From positions 1,787 through 65,786 of the forward strand of contig JAZNNQ010000002.1 of the NCBI GenBank assembly GCA_045580305.1: DNA of 64,000 nt. Reading direction: 5' to 3'. The first letter of the stretch is position 1. Each line of letters begins with the position of its first letter. The notes beneath the pieces were generated by a model. It had not been told where the DNA came from. It made no database searches and worked only from the letters and a program-made list of their open reading frames with translations. The position numbers were made by a program, and so were the translations under genes. Of this stretch, positions 7,934 to 16,205 are shown piece after piece. The DNA comes from Eubacteriales bacterium (GTDB lineage: Bacteria > Bacillota > Clostridia > Oscillospirales > JAAYXM01).

Positions 7934-7962
7934 TTGAAAGATTTTCAAGGATGTGGTATAAT
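7934..7962 (+). promoter_or_regulatory. sigma-A type promoter (TTGAAA-17 nt-TATAAT with TGn)
   Basis: ttgaaa 7934-7939, tgg-tataat 7954-7962, about 55 nt upstream of the first TIR gene. Confidence 0.6.
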
Positions 7963-8015
7963 TCATTTATATAGTCTGCCTGCATTTATTACGAAGAATT
8001 TTAAGGAGATAATTT

Positions 8016-11000
8016 ATGGCATATGATATTTTTATATCCTATAAGGAAAGCGACGGCGCGCAATATGCAGAAAAGTTGAAAAAAGGATTGACAGGCAAAG
8101 GGTATAAATCTGTTTATTTTAACAAAACTGATAAGGACGAAGAAGGAAGTTTTATTACGAGACTTGAAAACGCGATCAAAACTTGTAAAGTTTTTATCTT
8201 TGTGTTGAGCGAAAACGCTAAACAATCTATATTAAATAAAACTGCAGAGAAGGGATCAAAAGAGTTTGATTATGTTTGTTGGGAACTTAGCAGGGCGCGT
8301 GAGTATAGTAAGCATGTGCTGATTTTAAACACAGGCTGTTCTTTTGATCCGTACACCGATAAATATAAATATGATGATATGAAGGATATCGAAATATATA
8401 CAGGAAGAGACTGCAAATCATCTTTGCTTGAAGCGCAGACATTTGAAATGGATAAGATACTTGATGAGCAAGGGGATTTGCTGAAAAGTGCGGGCGTTGA
8501 CATTTCTTTGCGAATGACACTTCGCAGGGTAATTTATGGAGTTTTATCTCTTAAATACAAAGCAAAGAATCCAGCTGGTAATTATGTTGATAAGGAATGT
8601 ATATTCAATAAACAGGCGTTGGAGGCATTGTGTGAATACATAACAAAAGATAACAGTATTACTACAGAAATAGAAAACTGTGCAACAGCGGAAAAATTAA
8701 CTGAATATATGAATAATACCAATCATGAAATGCTACAGGGATTTTGTGAACACTTTGAAATGGAGCCGGGCGGAAAAGAGCAAAAAGCAATTAATATCAA
8801 AATTAAAGACATTGCTATGTGTAAGTTGTATGAAATGGATTGTTGGGAGGTACTCGAGTATTTATATAATTCATATCTTATGATGAATTTTCACGAAGAC
8901 TATGCTTCTATAAGAAAGTTTTATTTAAACAAAACAATAAGTGATTACATTCTTGCGCTTGCTTGGAACAGATATTTTATTAAAAATAAAGATAAAAGAC
9001 GGGAACTTGTTTACAAAATTATTCCCGAACTTATAAGAACCCACAATCATGCGCAGAGATATTTGTTTGCTTTGATAGAAAAGGGAAGATTTGAAAGCGG
9101 GGATGAATGGCTTTTTTGCGATATTGGCGAAGAACACTCGAGCCAGATAAAAATTTTGTTTGGTGAATACTATCGGGATGTTTTTAATACCGATATGGCC
9201 AGATCAACATTTACAGAACGGCTTTTTATGTGGTTTAATCGTAATAAAGATAGTTTTGTTGATTTCTGTTTACAATTAATAAAAAAGTATAAATGCAGTG
9301 ATGCGGAAATATGGAATTTTTTGATTGTAAAATGTGATACGCTGGCAAATAAAAACAGTCTGGAGATTTTAAAAGGATATTTTTCAGAGTATGTAAAACA
9401 AAAAAACTATAAAGTTATCTTTAGAATGATTGAACAAGGGTTAAATAAATTTGTTTTTTTTAATGGTAACCAAGAAAAAGACCAAAAGTTATTTGACTTG
9501 TTATATGGGGCAACAACGAATAGAGAAGTTGTTGAAAAATATGGTCACGGATTAGCGAAAGCATTTTATACATTTTGGAAAAATGATCAGCATACAGAAG
9601 AAATCAAACAAATTACATATGAAAAACACCTCGATAAGATTGTTTCATTTAAAAATCTGTACAATATAGTTGAAGGAATTACCCTTGAAAACCCCGGTAT
9701 TCCCAAGAAAAAGTTTGAAGAAATTCTTCGAGAAACCGTAAACGAGTCGGACGATAAAATTTTAGAGGACAAACAATTTTTGTATGTATTAAATAACATA
9801 TGGGTTACAGACCAAAATGCAGATCTTTACAACAGGGCCGTGAGTAGATTGCTTGATGTATGTACATACTTAAACAGATATTATGGATTTACGGTACTTC
9901 TGTTTGTAAGATATGGAAGAAAAAGCTTTAATGAAGCAAACAGAAAAAGATTATTTGAATGCATAAAAGATTTTGCAGATAAATATGGAGCTGATGTAAA
10001 ACTTGAAGATAAACATTACGATAAAATGTTTAAAATTCTTGAGAATCATTATTTTGACGATATAAGAACAGATTTCAAAATGAAGGTGTTCGACAATGAA
10101 GGAGTAGCACCGGAAACTAAATTGAATATCTTTAACCTTTGGTACGATGTCGGGTTAAAAGAACGACTTAAAGAGAAAATAAAAGAAAATACCGACGAAA
10201 ACAACGAGACACAAAAGGCTTTTAAAATATTGTTTAAAGCCAAAAATAAGAGATGGAAAAATTTACAGGGCTGGAAGGCTGTCCATCTGTATCCTCTCAT
10301 TGAAGAACTTCTTGATTTTGAGAATTTTGTTGAGCTGAAGCCAGATATTCAGAAAAATTTAATACACAATGTAAAAACAAAGAAAGAGTTTTATCCGAAA
10401 ATCAAAGCGCTGTTAGATTCGTTTAAAGTGAATGAGTATGCATGGAATAGCTTAAGCGCTTCCGTAAAAATTGCATTTGTTATGCATATCAATAAAATCA
10501 TTGAAAAGTTTGAAGAAATAGATTTCATTAACTGCTTTGCGGAAAGTGTTATCGAGGATGTAGCATCCATGCGTAAGCGGCGCGGCGAAGTTGAAACGGA
10601 ATATGGAATCAGAGAAGAAACATTAATGTATCATATGATTTTGTTGTATCGAAAAAAACCATGGAAAACAGCAAGATTGTGTGCTGCGGCACAAGTAAAA
10701 TGGTATGGTCAACTTAAATATGAAGATGAAAAGGATGACTACAACAAGAAGAATATGCTCTTTGAACGCCGCGAGTTGTTTAAAACGGCAGTGTCAAATC
10801 CTTGCATCAAGGACTTGACCTGTTATTTAGCGAGAGCGAACTATTCTGTTGTGCGTCAAAATTCATCTGAAATAGCTAACGAGCCGGATGTTTTGAAAGA
10901 TTTTACAACGCTCTTCAGAAACATAATCGGAGGAAGGATTCCGCTGTGGTTTGGCGCGGAAGTGGCAGCGCCGATAAAAACCAAAATGCAGTGGATAGAA

Positions 11001-11591
11001 AATATTGATTTTGAAAGTGTTGTTAATGACTTCAAAAAACGCGATAGCGATCAAGGAAAGTCGTTGGAGGATCAAATACTTGATGCAGCCCAAAAAGGTA
11101 GAGACAATTTTGAAGAAAAGGCTGTTGATTTCGAGGAAGAAGCCGAGAAAATTATAGTATGGAAAAATTCAGAGTGTGATGAAAAGATATATGTTCTAAC
11201 ACGAAAAAGGCTTTTTGCAAGATATTTTGACAACAGCATATGGTATGAAGGGCTGAAGTTTAATGCCTTTCTGTTTATACCACAGATGTGCGAAGAGGTG
11301 TCTTTTGTTTCAACAAGAGATGTATTTGATGTTCGCGTGGAAATAGAGACGGTTAGAAAAGCAATAGAAGAAAAATTCAAATACGCTCTCGTTGAATTTG
11401 ATCCCGCAAAACCCAAATTTGACCGGTTTGTTAAAGGTTGTAGAATTGATAAAACTGTCCAAGAACCAATTAATCAGTTCTATAACGCATATTTGAATTA
11501 TTTAAAACTGGGAGCAATAAAACCTGAAATTGCTGAAGCATTTTCAGACTATGTTAGGCATATGAAACGCACAATTGAAAATATGAAATAG
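8016..11591 (+). CDS. TIR-domain protein with ~1050-aa helical C-terminal region of unknown function
   Basis: 1191 aa. N-terminus MAYDIFISYKESDG..VFIFVLS..DYVCWELSRA is a TIR signature that includes the conserved Glu. I found no Walker A motif. RBS AAGGAG. Confidence 0.75.
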   Translation: MAYDIFISYKESDGAQYAEKLKKGLTGKGYKSVYFNKTDKDEEGSFITRLENAIKTCKVFIFVLSENAKQSILNKTAEKGSKEFDYVCWELSRAREYSKHVLILNTGCSFDPYTDKYKYDDMKDIEIYTGRDCKSSLLEAQTFEMDKILDEQGDLLKSAGVDISLRMTLRRVIYGVLSLKYKAKNPAGNYVDKECIFNKQALEALCEYITKDNSITTEIENCATAEKLTEYMNNTNHEMLQGFCEHFEMEPGGKEQKAINIKIKDIAMCKLYEMDCWEVLEYLYNSYLMMNFHEDYASIRKFYLNKTISDYILALAWNRYFIKNKDKRRELVYKIIPELIRTHNHAQRYLFALIEKGRFESGDEWLFCDIGEEHSSQIKILFGEYYRDVFNTDMARSTFTERLFMWFNRNKDSFVDFCLQLIKKYKCSDAEIWNFLIVKCDTLANKNSLEILKGYFSEYVKQKNYKVIFRMIEQGLNKFVFFNGNQEKDQKLFDLLYGATTNREVVEKYGHGLAKAFYTFWKNDQHTEEIKQITYEKHLDKIVSFKNLYNIVEGITLENPGIPKKKFEEILRETVNESDDKILEDKQFLYVLNNIWVTDQNADLYNRAVSRLLDVCTYLNRYYGFTVLLFVRYGRKSFNEANRKRLFECIKDFADKYGADVKLEDKHYDKMFKILENHYFDDIRTDFKMKVFDNEGVAPETKLNIFNLWYDVGLKERLKEKIKENTDENNETQKAFKILFKAKNKRWKNLQGWKAVHLYPLIEELLDFENFVELKPDIQKNLIHNVKTKKEFYPKIKALLDSFKVNEYAWNSLSASVKIAFVMHINKIIEKFEEIDFINCFAESVIEDVASMRKRRGEVETEYGIREETLMYHMILLYRKKPWKTARLCAAAQVKWYGQLKYEDEKDDYNKKNMLFERRELFKTAVSNPCIKDLTCYLARANYSVVRQNSSEIANEPDVLKDFTTLFRNIIGGRIPLWFGAEVAAPIKTKMQWIENIDFESVVNDFKKRDSDQGKSLEDQILDAAQKGRDNFEEKAVDFEEEAEKIIVWKNSECDEKIYVLTRKRLFARYFDNSIWYEGLKFNAFLFIPQMCEEVSFVSTRDVFDVRVEIETVRKAIEEKFKYALVEFDPAKPKFDRFVKGCRIDKTVQEPINQFYNAYLNYLKLGAIKPEIAEAFSDYVRHMKRTIENMK

Positions 11592-11665
11592 TTTTGTCAT
11601 CTAAATTGTGCACTAATTCTATAATGAACTCAATATATGATCGTATATATTGAGTGGAGGGTACT

Positions 11666-12577
11666 ATGTCAAAATATGCAGTTAGTGATGAAGGTATAAA
11701 AGCTCTTAAAATAACAGCATCTAATGTTTTAAATGCCGTTGAACGGATATTGAATGCTACAAACTCTATAGAATCTGTTGCTGACGAGCATGTTGAAACT
11801 TTAGGACCACACTATGCTTCGTTAGTCGCTGCAATCACAGAGATACGCGAAGCGCAAAGACAAGCAGTTCAACCTGCATATGACATATCCGAAACATTGA
11901 ATGATATTGCCGATGCCTACCAAGATATAATAGATGATGATAAAATTCTTGCAGGCAACAGCGGAACATCTGCAGCAGGTGGTTTGCAGGGCGGAGGAAG
12001 CGACGGCAGTAACAAAGGTGGCAAAGTTGCGTCGTTTTTTGGGAAGATATTTGGCAGCACCGGCGCTTCAGGAAGCCGGTTTGGAGAGTTTAATGTGGAC
12101 TCAAACGGGTTTGTAAAGGGTAATGGATATGACTGTTTTATAAATGACTGGAATAGTTACGGGAAAGTGGAATTTGAAACAGACACGAAAAGTTATTCCG
12201 GGAAAAATGTTACTGAAACGATTGACCCCGGATTGATAGCGGGATTTCGGGTAAGAGAATATGACATCAAGAACCCGGGAACATTTTGGAGCCAACATCA
12301 AACGGGAGGCACTGCGGAGTCGTTTAAAGAAGTGGCTTCGCATATCCCGGAGGTAAAGAGTGAACTGGCTAAAGGCCGCTCTTTGGTTGATTTGGAGAAC
12401 GATCCGGTATTGGGCCCGTGTGCTTCAGTTTATTTTGATCCTGAGAATATGGTGAAAGTAATAAAGTGCGAAGGTTACTATGAATTCCAAGGCAATGGGC
12501 GCCATAGGATTCTTGCGGCAAGAGCCGCGGGGTATGATATTCCGGTGAAGATTGTCGGCAGCCGCAAAAGAAAATAA
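11666..12577 (+). CDS. helical N-domain / Gly-rich linker / ParB-Srx-like C-domain protein (polymorphic-toxin-like architecture)
   Basis: ATG 11666 follows GGAGGG. About 95 aa of helix, then the linker GNSGTSAAGGLQGGGSDGSNKGG, then C-terminal YYEFQGNGRHRILAARAAGYDIPVKIV (ParB/sulfiredoxin-type GxxRxxA motif). Confidence 0.45.
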   Translation: MSKYAVSDEGIKALKITASNVLNAVERILNATNSIESVADEHVETLGPHYASLVAAITEIREAQRQAVQPAYDISETLNDIADAYQDIIDDDKILAGNSGTSAAGGLQGGGSDGSNKGGKVASFFGKIFGSTGASGSRFGEFNVDSNGFVKGNGYDCFINDWNSYGKVEFETDTKSYSGKNVTETIDPGLIAGFRVREYDIKNPGTFWSQHQTGGTAESFKEVASHIPEVKSELAKGRSLVDLENDPVLGPCASVYFDPENMVKVIKCEGYYEFQGNGRHRILAARAAGYDIPVKIVGSRKRK

Positions 12578-12596
12578 ATCGCAAAAAGAAGACACA

Positions 12597-12816
12597 ATGG
12601 ACGAAACAAATAACGATGATATAAATTCTTGAGGTTATTCGCGATATAGAAAAATTTGATTTTGTTATATTTGGTGAGATTCTTATATCATATTGCATTG
12701 CCTACGAAAAATCGCAATTCAACGGTTCTTGTTTCAAAGAGTACATCTATCCACCGACAGCAACGGAGTTTCTCATTGAGGAGAGACAAATGAAGGAAAA
12801 GAGCTTTTGTCCCTGA
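12597..12816 (+). pseudogene. possible frameshifted small ORF (candidate cognate/immunity gene remnant)
   Basis: ATG 12597 gives 11 codons and then TGA. The +1 frame stays open for 61 more codons (EVIRDIEKFDFVIFGEILISYCIAYEKSQFNG..) with no start codon of its own. Confidence 0.2.
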
Positions 12817-12860
12817 CCAGACATAAAGTTTGTCTAATTATTCAAAAAAGGAGAAAATAT

Positions 12861-15800
12861 ATGAATACAAAAGAAGTAACTCCCTATATCTTCATATCAT
12901 ATGCACATGAAGATGCAAATATTGCAAAACGCATCACCGAGTATCTGCAAAATGAAGGTTTTGAAGTTTGGATAGACTATAATAATATTCGCGCAGGAGA
13001 AAAATTCAACGGTGAAATTGCCAAAGCAATTATTGATTCATCGCTACTTATAGCAGTAGTTTCAAATGTATATATATCAAAAGATAAAGATTATTGCACA
13101 AAAGAAATCACATACGCACATAACAGGCAAAAAAATTATATGCCCGTTTACATTGAAAAAGTAAAAGTTCCTATTGGGTGCGAACTGGATTTTGTTTTTC
13201 ATAATGCTTCTCAAGTAGGATTTAATATGAGTCTGGAAAACGACGATGATTTTAATGCGCTTTGTCATTCGATTACAAATTCTGAGTATATGGATTATCT
13301 AAAAGAGTATATGCAAGGCGACACGCCATTGCCTATGCCATATATTAAACCGGACCGATTCGATAAAATTAAGAAATATTATCAGAAGATTGCAAATGGC
13401 AATTATTATTTACCGTCCATCGAAACAGAACTGTTTCCTCCATTTAAAATTGATTCAAAAATAGAGCGGTCTGGTAACAACAATGGACTTTTGTTAGAAA
13501 AAATCATTCAGGATTATAAGACGAATTTTCTGATAATTGGCGATGGAGGTTCCGGAAAAACTGTAGCATTAAGAAGTATATTTAGAAACTTTATAGATAA
13601 TGAAATACCAGCATTGTACATTCCGCTAAATAAAATTCAATTTTCAGAGAAAGTAACCATTCAATCTTATTTAGAAGATGAGATGCAATTAACATGGCAT
13701 TCTCTAAAGATATACGGGAAGCGCGATTCAAGCAACAGTCCATTACGATTATTATTCGACGGATTAAATGAGATTCCGGGGGATCGAAGAGCAGTATTAA
13801 ATCAAATCAAAGAAATTATGCGGTGGGATAATGTTCAGATTATAATATCTTCAAGAAGTGATTTTAGCAATAATTTAACACGAGACATCATGTTTAAAAC
13901 CATTTATTTACAACCCCTTGAAGAAAACACAGTAAAAGCATTTCTTGAAAAAAAGAGTATGCCTGCTAACCTTAATAAGAAAATGACTTCGCTGTTACGT
14001 AATCCATTGATGCTCATGTTATACATAAATACTGATATGAGCATGTATGAGCCTTTGTCGAAATATTCAAATTACTACAAAATAAATATTTCCAGTTCCC
14101 CGTCTTCCGAAGAACAAATCATGTGGAATTTCTTACAAAGCCAGCTATATCGTGTTGATGAGAGCTTTTCAAGTCAGTTTGTTTGTGATGCATTTGTTAT
14201 AATTGAATTTCTTTTGCCATTATTGGCGAACCATATGATAATAAACGGTAAAAGCAACATCGACGAAAACGAACTTGATGATTTCTTAGATTCCTTGACA
14301 TCACGAGATGACTATAAATATTACAATAATAGGTTGAGGAAGATTGAGCGAACATTAGATATTGAGGAATACAAATACAAGGGGAACAATTTGAATAGGG
14401 TTTTATTTAACAAATTATCCTTAATGGTTGAGGCTGAAACGGGCGAGGAAGATGACTCGAAAAGGTATGAGTTCTTTCATCAAAGTTTCAGAGATTTTTT
14501 TGCAGCTATGTTTGTTGCAAAAAAGCTTGAAATGATAGCAAATGAAAAAACAACCAACTTTGAAGAAATATCAAAAATCCCGTATGAGATTGAGATTATC
14601 AAATATGTTGCGGAAATTTCTATGGAAAAACAAGCAAAGCCGGTTTGGACAGCAGAAGGATTAACTTATCCCGGAAAAAACGAACCTCTCTCTGCTTCCT
14701 CTTTTTCTGATGCTGAAAAATCGTTAAATGCGTATAGAGGTCTATTTGATGAAAGTGCTCAAAACATTGTTTGTAATGTTTACAAGATAATGTCGATAGG
14801 TAGAGACAGACATTTGTCAAATTGTGATTTTTCATCATTAGATTTAAGAAAATGCAATCTTAAGGGTGGGTACTATTCTGATTGGTATTGTGATAATGAG
14901 TATCCGTCATCTTTTGAAAATTCGTACATAGACCTGGATTGTTTTATATCACAAGGACATCAAGCTACAATAAAATCAATCTGTGAAGGAAATGGAGGAG
15001 TATTTACTGCAGATACTGAAGGTACAGTTAAGCATTGGCGGTTCGATGAAAATATACCTATATTTACTGTAACAACACCGGAAGGAGCTATTATAAGTAT
15101 AGATTATTCTGAAAAATCAAAGCAATTGGCTATTCTAAAACAACATGCCGTATATTTATATGATTTAGAAACAGATGTAGTGTCTATGATTGCATCTGCA
15201 AAAAGTACATATCGCTACATTAGGTTTAATACAGACGATCAAATAGAAGTAACATATGACACATCACCTTTAACATGGACGAACTTGTCCGGAGTAATAA
15301 CGACTGATTATTTGTCGTTAGATATTCCTTGCGGGTGCTCTGCCATTGATTCAAAACATACGCAGATACTGAGAAGTTATCTCTACGGCACTGTTCATAG
15401 GTATGACCCCTGTGATAATTCAATTATCGGTGAACTAAATATGTTAGAAAAAGCAGAGGGAAATGGAATTACCGACATCAAGTTTAGTAATGACGATTCA
15501 AGATTTCTGGTTGGCTTCGGGAACAATGTCTTTGAGTTTGATAGTCATTCATTGGAACAGCTACACAAGCTGGAATTCAAATCTTTAGTTAATTCTGTTA
15601 TGTACACAGCGGACGATAAAATTGTGGTTGCAACAGGTGTAAATATAGTTGTGTTAAATAAAGATTTTTCTTATTACAAAGAGTTTGCAGGTGAGTCTCT
15701 TCCTAATATAATTAAAAAATTGTTTAAGGATGATGGAAAACTTTATTTTCTCGACACGACTGGAACAATCAAGCTTATTTCAGACAAGATAACCGTAAGT

Positions 15801-16205
15801 AAAACCAGAAAACCTTGGTTTAAACCCCGCACAATAGCCTTTGGACATGATGGACTTGACAGACACTCTACCAAGATGTTTGCGATAACAAGTGCACCTA
15901 AATTAATTGGTAAAGAAAAGAAAGTATGCATTGGATATGATTATGAGAAGAACGCTATTTTCGATTTAGTCAAGGATTATGAGATTTTCAATGTTTTCCA
16001 TGGCAGGGATAACGATGAATATGAAATCCATATACTTGCAAATAAGATAGTTGCTATAAATAAAAAAACCAGCGAACGAGTACTGTTTGTTAATTACAAG
16101 GGAATTACCATTCATGGGTGTAACTTTAAAAACATTTTAGGTAGCATAACCGAAGATGAAGGCATACATTTACTTGTGCAGAATGGAGGAATTGTTAATG
16201 AATAA
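12861..16205 (+). CDS. TIR-NACHT(STAND NTPase)-WD40-like repeat protein
   Basis: ATG 12861 follows AAGGAG. TIR signature YIFISYAHED..DYCTKEITYA. Walker A IIGDGGSGKTVAL and Walker B LRLLFDGLNEIP. C-terminal WD-like units such as GHQATIKSI..DTEGTVKHWRF. Confidence 0.8.
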   Translation: MNTKEVTPYIFISYAHEDANIAKRITEYLQNEGFEVWIDYNNIRAGEKFNGEIAKAIIDSSLLIAVVSNVYISKDKDYCTKEITYAHNRQKNYMPVYIEKVKVPIGCELDFVFHNASQVGFNMSLENDDDFNALCHSITNSEYMDYLKEYMQGDTPLPMPYIKPDRFDKIKKYYQKIANGNYYLPSIETELFPPFKIDSKIERSGNNNGLLLEKIIQDYKTNFLIIGDGGSGKTVALRSIFRNFIDNEIPALYIPLNKIQFSEKVTIQSYLEDEMQLTWHSLKIYGKRDSSNSPLRLLFDGLNEIPGDRRAVLNQIKEIMRWDNVQIIISSRSDFSNNLTRDIMFKTIYLQPLEENTVKAFLEKKSMPANLNKKMTSLLRNPLMLMLYINTDMSMYEPLSKYSNYYKINISSSPSSEEQIMWNFLQSQLYRVDESFSSQFVCDAFVIIEFLLPLLANHMIINGKSNIDENELDDFLDSLTSRDDYKYYNNRLRKIERTLDIEEYKYKGNNLNRVLFNKLSLMVEAETGEEDDSKRYEFFHQSFRDFFAAMFVAKKLEMIANEKTTNFEEISKIPYEIEIIKYVAEISMEKQAKPVWTAEGLTYPGKNEPLSASSFSDAEKSLNAYRGLFDESAQNIVCNVYKIMSIGRDRHLSNCDFSSLDLRKCNLKGGYYSDWYCDNEYPSSFENSYIDLDCFISQGHQATIKSICEGNGGVFTADTEGTVKHWRFDENIPIFTVTTPEGAIISIDYSEKSKQLAILKQHAVYLYDLETDVVSMIASAKSTYRYIRFNTDDQIEVTYDTSPLTWTNLSGVITTDYLSLDIPCGCSAIDSKHTQILRSYLYGTVHRYDPCDNSIIGELNMLEKAEGNGITDIKFSNDDSRFLVGFGNNVFEFDSHSLEQLHKLEFKSLVNSVMYTADDKIVVATGVNIVVLNKDFSYYKEFAGESLPNIIKKLFKDDGKLYFLDTTGTIKLISDKITVSKTRKPWFKPRTIAFGHDGLDRHSTKMFAITSAPKLIGKEKKVCIGYDYEKNAIFDLVKDYEIFNVFHGRDNDEYEIHILANKIVAINKKTSERVLFVNYKGITIHGCNFKNILGSITEDEGIHLLVQNGGIVNE

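Noticed and set aside
12807-12860. N-terminal extensions given by the ORF track: TTG 12807, ATG 16156, GTG 20794, TTG 26809, GTG 11654, GTG 6363, 7297, 56883, 59618, 59510(-) and 41828(-).
   Set aside because: In each case an internal ATG preceded by a good Shine-Dalgarno at 6-10 nt begins exactly at the conserved N-terminus (a TIR beta-strand, PutP, PurA, NifS or a lipoprotein signal peptide). The extensions lack RBSs.
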